Shown here in pieces: positions 13,444-27,884 of a DNA stretch of 64,000 nt. Source of the DNA: Octopus vulgaris (lineage: Eukaryota); the NCBI GenBank assembly GCA_951406725.2, contig OX597820.1, positions 38,564,001-38,628,000 of the forward strand, in the 5' to 3' direction. Numbering within the stretch: position 1 is the stretch's first letter; every line of letters begins with the position of its first letter. The notes under the pieces were generated by a model. It ran no database searches. It was not told where the DNA came from and worked only from the letters and a program-made list of their open reading frames with translations. The position numbers and the translations under genes are program-made.

Positions 13444-13828
13444 AAACTTTGGCATCGAGAGTTACACAAATGCCAGAACTGGGCGCCACTGTATAGTGCC
13501 AAGGACTCCAAATTTGCCATCAAGATGTAGGACAAGATACTGTGATAGCCTGGGCTTCCGAGGCCCACAGCTCTTCAATATCCTCCCGAAGAACCTAATG
13601 GACCTGCATGGGGTGGATGCAGATGTCGTTCAAATGAAACTGGATCTCTTCTTGACAGGTATCCCAGATGAACCAACTTCACGGCAGGAGGTGCAGATGA
13701 GGGCAGCTGCATCGAACTCTCTCATGCACCAAATGGCAATTGCTAAAAAGCATTCGTGAAGTAAAATCATGTAGCAACACCAAATGGCGGTGCCCCAGCA
13801 TAGCTACAGCTAGTGAGCTGAAACTAGA
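13444..13828 (+). mobile_element. 3' fragment of the same CR1-group LINE
   Basis: [15 protein letters not shown]...ASNSLMHQ matches the C-terminus of the 11044 ORF, plus its 3' UTR. Confidence 0.9.
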
Positions 13829-13844
13829 TAAATAAATATAATAA

Positions 13845-13916
<72 letters not shown>

Positions 13917-13948
13917 TTGTGTGCATAACTACATCTACACCTCAGTAT

Positions 13949-14037
13949 TGATTGATTGATTGATTCTAGTTTCAGCTCACGAGCTGTGGCCATGCTGGGG
14001 CACCGCCATTTGGTGTTGCTACATGATTTTACTTCAC
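13949..14037 (-). mobile_element. Extreme 3' end of the CR1-group LINE
   Basis: Matches 10956-11045, including the (TCAA)n tail. Confidence 0.85.
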
Positions 14038-14053
14038 ATGTATATATATATAT

Positions 14054-14104
<51 letters not shown>

Positions 14105-14394
14105 CATACATACAAATGTGTGTGTTTGTGTGTATATGTGTTAATATATGTGTGTGTCGATGTGAATGCGTGTGAGTGTGTGTCAATATGTGTGCGTTTG
14201 TGCAGGGTACTGATTACCAAGGTGACTCAAAATACTTAGTGAAATACACGTATGCATACACTTGCACATATACTCGCACACATACACACACGCAGAGTGT
14301 GTATATATAACTCAGCAGAGTTATATATAGCTGCTTGGCAAAAGGTAGAGTCTTAAGGGATGAGTAAGGATAGATAGGGCTCATAATGCTCAAG

Positions 14395-15083
14395 ATCACT
14401 CAGAGGGCGCAAACCTCTGTCAAGGCAACATCAACGTTCTCTCAACGACTACCTAGAAATGAATTTTAAAATGAGAATAGCTGATATAAACTCGACTGCT
14501 CTCGCAAACGAGAATTTTAAAAATGAACCCGAACGCTCTCAGAAATTAAGTTAAATAAACCGGAAAATAATGCAGAAATACCTGATCGATCCCAAGTATT
14601 CATAGGATAAATGGCTGTAGAAAATTTAGTAACAGTAAATAATGCAGAATCCTTGCCCATACCTGATCGATCCCAATTGTATTCATAGGATGTGAAAATG
14701 GCTGTAGAAAATTTAGTAACAGTAAGAAATAGTTTATCCTTATCTAATAAAATCCAAAGTTAAATTCACCGTTCAAAACAATTATAGCCTAAAGGGAGAT
14801 AATTGAGAAAGCCTTGAAAGTTAACGTAAGATTGTAATCGTGTAAAGTAAAGTAAGTATAACTAATAATCCAGAATCCTTGTCCGGTACCAGATCGATCC
14901 CAAAATTTAATCCCTTCGTGCCAGTCACGAGGCCAGACATCTCTGAAAGTTTCATCCGAATCCATCCAGTGATTCTTGAGATATGTTGTCCATATTGAAA
15001 CAAACAAACAAACAAACAAATAAAGAAACAACCCAATATCACTGAAAACAATACCTCCACCTTCGCTATTGTGCAGGTAATAA
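14395..15083 (-). mobile_element. Non-autonomous Helentron/DINE-1-like element
   Basis: Starts TTATTACCT...GGAGGTATTGTTTTC, then (GTTT)n and GGATTCGGATGAAACTTT; ends CCTTGACAGAGGTTTGCGCCCTCTGAGTG. Confidence 0.65.
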
Positions 15084-15855
15084 ACACCAATTGGAATTCT
15101 CGTCTAAAACGATTTCAGTTCCATCGAACAAGTAATTTATGTTGGAGGAAAAGGAAGATTTATAAGGAGACTGAGGTAGCGTGTTCAAATGAAAACCATG
15201 GCTTCGATTAACAGCTGATGTGTGGAAACTTTATGTACTGGAAATCTGAAATGTATATACATACACACACACCCATTCGGACGTATATACTATAAACACA
15301 CTTGTGATGTAGGCGTAGCTGTATGCGAAGAAGCTAGTTTCTCAACGATATGGTTCTGGATTCAATCCCACTGCGTACCACATTTGAAAACTCTCTTTTA
15401 CCATAGTCTCGGGTCAACCAGGTGTGTGTGTGTGTCTGAGTGTGTGTGTGCGTGTGTGCGTGCTTCTGTCTTACAATTTGTCCGTGAAAGGATTGCATTT
15501 AATATGTTGGGAGGTATATGTTGTTTATATGAACTGAATTGCTTTTCTTGCCACTTGACTTCCCGTATCATTGCAACTACCATGTGTGTATTATGTTCTC
15601 ATATCTCTGCTTGCGTGTGTCTTTGTGAGTATATGTGTGTGTATTCATGTTTGTGTGTGTGGCAAATTTCTTTTTAAATGCCTTCGCTCAAATATGAAAT
15701 CTATAATACATGTATGTATGAATGTATGTATGTATGTATGTATGTATGTATGTATGTATGTATGTATGTATGTATGTATGTATGTATGTACCAATTTGTT
15801 TATTTCTCTGTCTCGTTTCCAAATCATACATATGTATGTGTGTGTATACACATTT

Positions 15856-15911
<56 letters not shown>

Positions 15912-15933
15912 CTGTATATGTATGTTTCTATAT

Positions 15934-15982
<49 letters not shown>

Positions 15983-16007
15983 CTGTATACGTATGTTTCT
16001 ATATATT

Positions 16008-16049
<42 letters not shown>

Positions 16050-16336
16050 CTTAAAATTTTCTATGTACCTAACAAACTACTTGCCTGTATATATATAGCG
16101 ATATGTTCAAATATTTAAGACACATACATATAGCTTATCTTAACACTCAAAGATTGATTAGAAGAACAAATATGGAAAGCAGTTTCTCTGAGTTGTACTT
16201 GTTTAAGATTGTAATTATACACTTCAATCCTATGTTAACCAGATGTAACATCAGTAAATATTTATGTATAAGCTATCAAAATTACTGAATGCACTCTTCA
16301 GTTATGCTAACAAAAATATTATTATTATCATTATTA

Positions 16337-16547
<211 letters not shown>

Positions 16548-16561
16548 CATTATTATTATTT

Positions 16562-17108
16562 TTGAGTGAGAGAGCAGTGCATGCCATCAAAGCGATACTG
16601 GGGTAAAATATACGAAGCCCAGTATACCCATCACGACTACCTGTCTGATAAGGGTACACTAGACACATGCATCACAACCATATGTGCGTGACACGGTGAT
16701 CTCATATCAAGATAAGCAGTACATGACCTTCCTGGTGAGGCCCAGTTAGAATTTTCTTCTAGTCGAGTACCCCATTCCGCTCAAAAGGTCCCTGAATAAG
16801 GGTTGAACGAAACATCCATGTTTCCAGAGGTGAATTGTTCAAACCCCAAAGAATCCCTCTCAAAACTTGGCTATGATGCTCCCCCACTACTTCTGCTCGT
16901 GATCATAGATGCACATATCGTCAGCCACTAAGGGACATGCTCAACTGGTTATGCTCAAACAACTGACAAGCAAATCTGTGGTATTGAGCAAAATATTTGC
17001 TGTAGCCCATCTTTTATACCAAGACAAAACAATGTAGATGATAACACTTCCAATCAGTTAAGATCAGAATCCATGAGAGCCACTGTCTGGTACTGCATCA
17101 GAGCATGT
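16562..17108. repeat. ~545-bp unclassified element inserted in an (ATT)n tract
   Basis: Flanked on both sides by (ATT)n; diverged second copy at 52074-52420 also abuts (ATT)n. Confidence 0.75.
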
Positions 17109-17118
17109 ATTATTATTA

Positions 17119-17390
<272 letters not shown>

Positions 17391-17599
17391 CATATTTAGC
17401 TTGGAACCACAAGATCAAATGGTATTGCGTAGGCCCTATAAGGAGTGCCTAATGCTTAGATTATTTAGTGAAAGTTTCCATTTTAAAATCAAACTCGCTC
17501 TATTTCGAGCATTTTACCCGGACAGGTTTGTGATACTTTAACACATAAACTACATATGTCTAAATAAATTGTAGAATTAACTGATGTTTACATATCCAT

Positions 17600-17890
17600 G
17601 GTGGAGACACATGGCCTAGTGGTTAGAACAGCGGACTCCCGGACGCGGGATCGCGGGTTCGAATCTCAAACGGGGCAATGTGTGTGTTTATGAGCGAAAC
17701 ACCTAAGCTCCATGCGGCTCCGACAGGAGGTAATGACGAAATTCTGCTGACTCTTTCGCCACAACTTTCTCTCACTCTTTCCTTCTGCATCTTGCAGCTC
17801 ACCTGTGACGGACCGGCGTCCTGTCCAGGTGGGGAACTTATACGCCAAGGAAACCCTTATGAGCCAGGCGTGGCTCGAGAAGGAATAAAA
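17600..17890 (+). mobile_element. tRNA-derived SINE (related to family A)
   Basis: TGGCCTAGTGG A box and GGTTCGAATC B box. Confidence 0.75.
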
Positions 17891-17960
17891 CAACATATTC
17901 ATGAATGTATTCATAAGTTCAAGCATAGTCTGCTGTAGTTGTTGTTATATTTGTAATTTA

Positions 17961-18350
17961 GTGGAGGTGCAATGCCCCAGTGGTTAGGGCAGCGGACTCG
18001 CGGTCATAGGATCGCGGTTTCGATTCCCAGACCGGGCGTTCTGAGTGTTTATTGAGCGAAAACACCTAAAAGCTCCACGAGGCTCTGGCAGGGGATGGTG
18101 GTGATCCCTACTGTACTCTTTCACCACAACTTTCTCTCACTCTTACTTCCTGTTTCTGTTGTACCTGTATTTTCAAGGGACCGACCTTGTCACTCTCTGT
18201 GTCACGCTGAATATCCCCGAGAACTACGTTAAGGGTGCACGTATCTGTGGAGTGCTCAGCCACTTACACGTTAATTTCACGAGCAGGCTGTTCCGTTGAT
18301 TCGGATCAACCGGAACCCTCATCGCCGTAACCGACGTAGTGCTTCCACCA
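17961..18350 (+). mobile_element. tRNA-derived SINE (family A), near full length
   Basis: Homologous to the copies at 917 and 42535. Confidence 0.85.
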
Positions 18351-19027
18351 TTTGTAATTTAACACTAGGTTAATGCTGACACTGTTTTCAACGGTGAATA
18401 TTTTGTTGCTTCTTTCAAACGCTTGATATCGACAGCTCCATGTAAAATGTTATTCTTATTTATAAAAATGAATGGCTGTGATGCGAGTGAGATATAACTG
18501 GTGTTTCTAGTGCAAAAGTATGTGATACAAAAGTATTTGTAGGTTTTGTGTCCATTCTTAAAAAGTTAGAATTTTTGTAAGTGACAGCTGTCTGTATTCG
18601 TTGTGTACAAATTCCTTAAGGCTGTTACTAAGATATTCCGTTATGAAGCATTTACGGAACTGGTGTCATGGCCCGATGACTTGATATCAGTTAGCATTTG
18701 TCTATGTGTTTCTCGTATAGCGTAGTGATGACACATGTCATAACTAGTCAGAAGGAGAATTTTGCATCAAGGGATTTAAAGCCCATCGACACTACACTAC
18801 TTTACTATAAAATGTAATACATCATATAATGATTCTACATGATGCATTAATCAACGCTAATAAGAAGCGATGTCAAATTGACGATGCCTCAGCATACTGT
18901 TGTTTACAACGCAATTTTAGAATTGGTGCCCAACTCGAGTAGCTGCACATCAATTATGACCTCTTAACCTGCCAAAATCTGTAAAATTAATTTACTGTTA
19001 TAGACAAAAGACGTAAAGTATTATAAA

Positions 19028-19275
19028 GTGGAGGCGCGTGGCTTAATGGTTAGGGTGTCAGTATCATGATCGTAAGTTTGTGGTTTCGATTCCGGGACAG
19101 GGCGACGTGTTGTGTTCATGAGCAAAACACTTCATTTCACGTTGCTCCAGTCCACTCAGCTGGCAAAAATGAGTAGCGCTGCGATGGACTGGCGTCCTGT
19201 CCAGCTGGGGAACACATACGCCATTCAAACCGGGAAACCAGGACCATGAGCCTGGCTAGGCTCTAAAAGGGCGCA
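19028..19275 (+). mobile_element. tRNA-derived SINE
   Basis: TGGCTTAATGG A box, GTTTCGATTCC B box, GTGTTCATGAGCAAAACACTT core; relatives at 28483 and 50010. Confidence 0.75.
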
Positions 19276-19730
19276 TTAATTTATTTAAGTGTTATAAAAG
19301 AAAAAAGAAAGACAAGCGCATTATGTGGTGTTGTGATACCTGGACATTGAAGCAAGAATTGATATTCACACTGCACTGCTTTTCCTTTGAGGTTTGTTTC
19401 ATGATAGTGGACCTTAATATGTACAACAATAACACATCTTTTGAGTCAACATATGTCCACTCAGCCAGCAAGGAGTACTAAGATTACTTCGTTAAAATTT
19501 ACACTATCACCTTTATTGTATAATGCTTCAACAAAGATGACATGAACTCATTTCCTTATCGCTCAGATGATGGCGAACTAGAATAGTGCTATATATAAAT
19601 ACGAATGCAACGTTCGAACACATTGACTGGGGACAAACGAATAGAAAACGCGCTGCATCCAAGAGAACTGAACGGAAGTTTAGATTAGGGAGAGACAAGA
19701 AAGAAACGGAGCCTGCAGACAAGTGTGAAA

Positions 19731-19811
<81 letters not shown>

Positions 19812-20696
19812 CCTACCTATCTATATTTCAAGCTAGCTATCGTTTTCTTTATATTTCCATTTATATTTATGTCTTCTTTATATTCATCAAATATTTATCA
19901 TTGTAATAGCATGAACAAATAAAATAAAATACAACCGAACTTAGACAAAAAAATCTTTATCACTGTCCTTTTCTTGTGAACGTTATTTATTTGCCTTTCA
20001 GCATTCTCAAGCAACACACCTAATATATTTTTCCCGATGGGATACTGGAAATCATTAAAATAAGCGATTAAAAAATAAATCAACAAATCGTTTTCGCTCG
20101 CTGAAAATAATATATAATGCCAATACAGGAGAATTTCCTTCTATGGAATTTTTTAGAAACATTATTTCAATATATAATATTCTGAAAATTTGGTGTTCAA
20201 GATGATGAGTGTGAATAAGCGAAAAATTATACAGAGATCTCCGGTTATATAAATGGTATTTAAACCGGAATACAACAAGTTTAGGGATACCCAACCAAAG
20301 GATACTTGCGCAATATTTACATACGACGTTTATAGTATCTGCCGCTGAACATGTTATTCATGTTGTTGTCGCCGTTGATGTTCTTGTTGAGTCTATTGTT
20401 TAACCCAGGGTCACGGAATTAATTGAGAAACGTGATCAAATGCTGAAGCTATAACAATGCAGTGAAATCAAAACCGGTACTCTTTGTTTGCGCTGCACAT
20501 ATACATGCATGTATTCACACATACATGCGTGTATGCATATATATATATGTACATATACATTCTTCGGTGTTCGAATTGTATTTATCGATCCCGAAAACAT
20601 GAAATGCAAATTTGAATTCAGCAGTAACACCGTGCTACCATTTCAGTCAGCTCGCAGTGTTACGTGCGCTCATACATAATACATGCTTGCACGAAA

Positions 20697-20895
20697 GAGC
20701 CATTTATGTATCACACCTAGTGCATATACACCGTTTACGTGGAGGTTACTGCGGTTTTTTCCCGAGATAAAATCTCTTTTGGACGTGCTGCATTTTCAAA
20801 TACAGCACGTCCATAAAAGTTTTGATCTCGGACGAAAACCACCATAATGTGTCGGTAAATGGTGACTGTACATTCACTGTGATATGTAGAAGGCT
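20697..20895. mobile_element. Imperfect palindromic MITE-like element
   Basis: Arms pair around TGGACGTGCTGCATTTTCAAATACAGCACGTCCA. Confidence 0.6.
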
Positions 20896-21289
20896 ATTTT
20901 AATAAAATAGTGCAACCACGTACTCAGTTAGAATGTTGGTAGGAAGCTGTCCCCGCAATGTCTGGAAGCTGTCCTTGCAATGTCTTGAAGCTGCCCCGTA
21001 ATTACAGGGTGCTGCGTTGTGATTCATCTGGCAACATAGAGCATTGTATTTAATGTAACATATGGTAGGGTTAGTCATGGATTCGTTGCAGATTAGTCCT
21101 CACAAGTTCGTTATTCGGTGGACGATCAGCAGAAAATTGACCCATTAACGGTAACAGCCTTCCCGTGAGGGTAACCTGGTTTGGTGGTGATGGATTAAAA
21201 TTTGATAGTGCTAGGTTAAACAATCGAAGCCGTTGATGAGCTTGTCAGTGTTGATGAGCTTGTAATCTATATGTGAATCGTGGGTTAAA

Positions 21290-21495
21290 TTCCTTGACCT
21301 TTTGTATTGAGCAGCCAGGGCTATGTTGATATACCTGGATTACAGACTGTTAGTGACTTGAAGTTTATTAACAGGGTGGTAAGTGTAGTTGTTGATGGAT
21401 ACGGCACTTCGGTAGAGGATGCGTAGTCTCTCGTGGAGACAGAGTTGGCAGTTGCGATTTCTAGGCGGGTAAAGTGGCCACTTCAATGACATTCT
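21290..21495 (-). pseudogene. PLE endonuclease C-terminal relic
   Basis: YPPRNRNCQLCLHERLRILY resembles the PLE CxLCLxEKxxIL motif. Confidence 0.45.
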
Positions 21496-21554
21496 AATAG
21501 ATTATTTACATTCTTTATAATAGACGAATATTTGTCCTCATCTTCTTTGTTGTT

Positions 21555-21600
21555 AACATAACGTTTCGGCTGATATACCCTCCAGCCTTCACCAGGTGTC
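21555..21600 (-). ncRNA. Type I hammerhead with a mutated core (CUGGUGA)
   Basis: GACAC-CUGGUGA-A-GGCUG..CAGCC-GAAAC-GUU-AUGUU. Confidence 0.7.
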
Positions 21601-21652
21601 TTGGGGAAATTTCGAATCTGGGTTCGCATTCCTAAGGTATTTTTCGATGTTG

Positions 21653-21719
<67 letters not shown>

Positions 21720-21878
21720 GGTCCTTGCCTGGAATCGAACTCGGAAACTTGGGGTTAGTAGACAACGCTCTTAACCACTACGCCATATGTCTGTGGGCTT
21801 ATGGCGTAGTGGTTAAGAGCAAGGACTACTAATTACAAGATTCTGAGTTCGATTCCAGGCGGTGACCTGAATAATAGC

Positions 21879-21958
<80 letters not shown>

Positions 21959-22010
21959 CAACACCGAAAAAAACCTTAACAATGTGAACCTAGGTTCGGA
22001 ATTTCTCCAC

Positions 22011-22056
22011 GACACCTGATGAAGGCTGGAAGGTATATCAGTCGAAACGTTGTGTT
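22011..22056 (+). ncRNA. Minimal type I hammerhead ribozyme
   Basis: GACAC-CUGAUGA-A-GGCUGG..UCAGUC-GAAAC-GUU-GUGUU; palindromic ACGU stem III. Confidence 0.8.
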
Positions 22057-23051
22057 AACAACTAACAAGATGAGGACAAATATCCGTCAATTGTAAATAA
22101 TGTACATAATTCCTCATGTTTTAAATATAGAACTGAACAGGTGTAATCAGCATCTACCATAGAATCTAACTTACCCCTTCTTAGGTGCTAAAGCATTTTA
22201 TATGTCGCAGGGAATACAGAATCGTTACAAACATAAAGAAAATAATTTAAGCGTGAGTATATATATTCATTTCTACACAAATTATATTGACGAAACATTC
22301 ATAAAATATCCAGCAAATACGAAAGAATCGGTAGATTTCGAGTGAATCGAAATTAAAGAATAGGCATTATTATTGGGGCTTCTACACAGCGGAGGTGAAA
22401 TATTAATTCAAAAGTAGGGAAGAACTGAGTCCAAATTGCTGTACTCGGTATATAAATTTACGTATGTATGTATCAATATTGAGACGCATAGTTGTATGAG
22501 AGAGTAGTGGTGCAATTTTGAAATCACGCCAATCTGCAAGAGAAAGTCATGTATAAGGACATTACTGTTTCTGAAATCGAAATTGCAACACAATCAGTTT
22601 TAAATTTTATATATTAAATCATTTCCCTCTTCTTTGGAAGAATTTGCATTATTCATAAAAGGTCATATATACAATAAAAAGTGCATGCACGAGTACATAC
22701 ATTTATTAATATATACGTACAATCATTCATATATATATACATACGTACATAAATGCATGCGCACACACATATACACAAACACCCACACAGACACATACAC
22801 ACACAAACCTTTTAATTTTTAGTACTGCGGACTACAATGTATTGATCCCAGGAATATGGACTGTGATCTTAAATATCATATATATATAGTTCAAATTTAT
22901 TTTTAAAAAAGACGAAGACGATGTGTTGGAACAACAAGCAAGTGTATTGGTTTCACACTCGGGAAAAATGGGTAAGTCTTTTGAGTTTCGGTAGAAAAGA
23001 ATAACAAGAAATAGAGCATGAAGAAAAAAACGTGTTAAGTTCAGTGGTCCG

Positions 23052-23192
<141 letters not shown>

Positions 23193-23311
23193 ATATATAT
23201 ATTGTTATATTTCGGAATGGTCATTTTGCCAGTTTAGCCAATAAAAACACACGCACTATATATTTGGTGTTACTTTGCTTCAGTGTTATTTATTTTTTAC
23301 ATTAATCTTAA

Positions 23312-24174
23312 ACTCAGCCATTGCGGACAATGCCAAATTCAATATTTTGATGGCAGAACTCGTCAGAATAATGAGAAATGTGTCACGCATGTGCGAGCCA
23401 ACAGATTTAAAGAGACACATACAATATTTCATTCACCGCATGCAGTTCTTATGTTACAGCCATAAAGAAAGGATCAGAGTATACAAAGGAGCCATGAAGA
23501 AATTTGATAATATATTATGTAATGATAGGAATGGGATTTGCCCACTCTATAGGAACAAGTCATGGAACACTATAGTAAGGACAAAAAAGAAAATATGGAA
23601 GGCTAACTCTTGGTTTGATAGCCATATATACAAGAGTGTCATGTTCGTTGACACCACCCCTAGAGGTGAACTGGCGTACCGCTTAAGAAGGACCCTAGAC
23701 AAACTTAAGCTAAGGATTAAGGTTGTTGAAAAGCCAGGCAACCTTATCGAATCTATAATTGGTAGAACCTACCCTTTTAGTAGAACCCCCTGTACGGATA
23801 AGTACTGTACTGTATGCAGATTTAGCCCACAAACAAACTGTAAAGCCAGAAATGTAGTCTATAGTATAAGATGTATAGAGGGACGATGCAGTAACAAGAC
23901 AACGACATACGAAGGGGAAACGGCAAGAATCATAGGAGAGCGGGTAAATGACCATTGGAGACAACTCAAGGAAGGTAAAAGCTCATCGATTCTGTACCAA
24001 CACGCCGAGCAAGAACACAGGGGATCAATCAACAACATAGAAATTAAAATATTGTCCACACATAGAACAGATGCAACAATCAGACAAATTACAGAAGCTA
24101 CACACATAATAGAAAATAAAACTAGCCTGAATAGAAAACTAGAATGGAACACTAGCACACACCACAACAGATGA
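23312..24174 (+). CDS. PLE polyprotein C-terminus (RT thumb/linker plus GIY-YIG endonuclease), partial
   Basis: CTDKYCTVC..C KARNVVYSIRC...YEGETARIIGERVNDH..QH..E..LN; the first ~12 codons of the track ORF come from the inverted arm. Confidence 0.85.
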
Positions 24175-24566
24175 CGATAGAGGATCCCGAAAACATAATA
24201 AATACACAGATAAATAAACAAATAGAAATAAATAACTATATTATGATTTTTTTCCGATTATTATTATTATTACTAGTATATTGTAATACATACATACATA
24301 TATACATACAAGCATATGTAATGATAATAATAAGTGGATGTAAACACATGAAAAAAATAAGAATAAACAAAAACAACAACAAAAACAAATTACATGAACG
24401 TATATAAGCAGAAGATACAAATATTAAAGGCATCCCCCCACACACACACTAAGTAAACATAGACGCACATAGAGATATAAGCATGCGCAAATGAGGACAT
24501 ACAATAGAAATACAAAATGGCTGACGGTTAGTAAGGAGAGACACAAATAAGAAAGAAGAAAACAAA

Positions 24567-24611
24567 GGACCACTGATGCGGTCACAGGAGTGTGACGAAA
24601 GAACTCTGGCC
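24567..24611 (+). ncRNA. Variant or decayed type I hammerhead in the PLE pLTR
   Basis: CCA-CUGAUGC-G-GUCACA ggag UGUGAC-GAAAG AA CUC-UGG; A9 is C. Confidence 0.6.
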
Positions 24612-24783
24612 GAAATAAGATTAAGATTAATGTAAAAAATAAATAACACTGAAGCAAAGTAACACCAAATATATAGTGCGTGTGTTCTTATTGGCTAAAC
24701 TGGCAAAATGACCATTCCGAAATATAACAATATCTGTTTCAACACACGACTTCACATAAAAAATCTTGCACAACAAATATTTA

Positions 24784-24831
<48 letters not shown>

Positions 24832-24834
<3 letters not shown>

Positions 24835-25036
24835 AAATTAAATTAGAGGTAAAACCACTATTAGGCAAATCAAACAGTGAAAAACATAAACCAAAACATA
24901 GAAATAAAATTAAAAATATTGATTTGCCTAATAGTGGTTTTATCTTTAATTTAATTTATATTTATACTGTAAAATTGGATTTAATCCTAAATCTAATTTT
25001 TGCCGGTAAGTTTGGATTTATTCCTAATATTATTAT
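24832..25036 (+). repeat. Short fold-back insert (inverted arm plus tail) in (TA)n
   Basis: Arms 24832-24873 and 24919-24960; same family as 59141-59357. Confidence 0.75.
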
Positions 25037-25070
25037 ATATATACACATATAAATGCATATATGTATATAA

Positions 25071-25127
<57 letters not shown>

Positions 25128-25312
25128 TATATATAGATATATTCTCAATTTAGGTTAGTTGAAATATATCTGTAACTTATTTCAACTGCTAAAGGTAAAT
25201 AGACTGCTGTTACGGTGGAGACAAAATCTCTCTTATAGTAAAAAGGCGTGAATACCCTATTTGTGAAAATATCCTGAACGTGATGTTTTCACACGTTTTT
25301 ACCATAAGAGAA

Positions 25313-25388
<76 letters not shown>

Positions 25389-26142
25389 ATATATGAGTTA
25401 GTATATATGTATAGGCCTGAAATGACCATCTAATCGCACATAAAATTGTGCGTCTCATTGAGTGGGCTTGTGTGAGGTATTAAGCATGGATATATTCACA
25501 TTTATGCGTGTATATACGCGGGCTTACGCCCCTTGGGATAGAAAGTGTTTGTGAGAGAACGACAGTGAGGGATGAAGTGAGATAGACATATTCGCTGACA
25601 CACATATGCCATACATTTTCGCTGATAATATAAAAATAATAGAAAACAAATGATGAATAGGAAACACATCAACTTATTCACCAACTTATAATTTAATTTG
25701 GCTCTTTTTGTTACGTAGGAATAGGACATTGTATGATTAAAAGCTCATCCTTATTCTACATTACTATAGAACATAGAAAGTATTGATTTTGTCTACTTTT
25801 CAGAGCTGATTAAATTTATTTCAAATATTATCGAATTTTCTTGAGATGTATTCAATAACTACACATATTTAGTAGATTGTAACTAGTCGCCTCTCACAAA
25901 TAGAGTTATGTGTGTTTTAGTAATGAAATAATATATGAGAAAAAAATGGTTAAAAGAATTTACCAGAAGAAACAATTTACGCCAATATAGTTTAGTATCA
26001 TAAATCAAAATTCTCATATATAACGAAACATATACGTCGAAAATAAGAGAAAATGCCTGAGCAATGTAAATTTGCTATTTATTCACTCGCACTGCAATTT
26101 CTGAATTGCTAATGAGTTCATATATATCAGCAAATAAAGAAT

Positions 26143-26175
<33 letters not shown>

Positions 26176-26289
26176 CGTATATACGTATATATATATGGAT
26201 ATATATATATCTATATATGCATATATATGCATACATACATACATACATACATAGATGCATATATAGATATATATATATATATATACATA

Positions 26290-26696
26290 GACGCAGGAGT
26301 GGCTGTGTGGTAAGTAGCTTGCTAACCAACCACATAGTTCCGGGTTCAGTTGGAACCATCTTGGGCAAGTGTCTTCTGCTATAGCCCCGGGCCGACCAAT
26401 GTCTTGTGTGTGGATTTGGTACCCGCAAACTGAAAGAAGCCTGTCCTATATATGTATATATATATATGTATGTGTGTGTTTGTGTGTCTGTGTTTGTCCC
26501 CCTAGCATTGCTTGACAACCGATGCTGGTGTGTTTACGTCCCCGTCACTTAGCGGTTCGGCAAAAGAGACCGATAGAATAAGTACTGGGCTTACAAAGAA
26601 TAAGTTCCGGGGTCGATTTGCTGGACTAAAGGCGGTGCTCCAGCATGGCCGCAGTCATAGGACTGAAACAAGTAAAAGAGTAAAAGAGTAAAGAGA
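26290..26696 (+). mobile_element. tRNA-derived SINE (CORE/OR2-like) with a LINE-like tail and (GTAAAAGA)n end
   Basis: TGGCTGTGTGG head, TTGGGCAAGTGTCTT core; partial copies at ~15310, 58885 (-) and 61160. Confidence 0.75.
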
Positions 26697-26876
26697 ATAT
26701 GCATACATACATACATACATACATACAAACATACATACATACATACATACATACATACATACAAACATACATACATACATACATACATACATACATACAT
26801 ACGTACATATATACATACATGCATAATTCATACATACATTCATACATATATGTAAATATATGCAACAAATATTCAG

Positions 26877-27698
<822 letters not shown>

Positions 27699-27884
27699 GG
27701 ATATTATTGTTTACAATAATATGAAGTGGCATAGCATGCGTAAAAAAATTATTAATCGCAAAATGAAAAACTAGACATACCCGTAGCGTTACGATTTCAA
27801 ACTTCGTAAAAATCCCAACGGTTGCTGTAATCGTCTTCTAACTGCTTTTTGTAGAGAATTGGTGCTATTTGTAGTACTATTAAT

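Larger units (their letters stand above)
21500..22135. mobile_element. Head-to-head pair of a tRNA head-(AAT)n-hammerhead element
   Basis: Each arm has a tRNA-like head (TGGCGTAGTGG; GAGTTCGATTCC), (AAT)n, an HHR and a 3' segment; centre ~21792; the right arm has an extra ~25-bp tail. Confidence 0.85.
23199..24782 (+). mobile_element. 5'-truncated Penelope-like element with inverted pLTR, in (TA)n
   Basis: Inverted arms 23199-23311 and 24621-24733, ~50-bp tail, GIY-YIG ORF. Confidence 0.9.

Noticed and set aside
21794-21867. Functional tRNA gene
   Set aside because: The acceptor and anticodon stems pair poorly, the copies are diverged, and it is embedded in a repeat, so it was treated as a SINE head.
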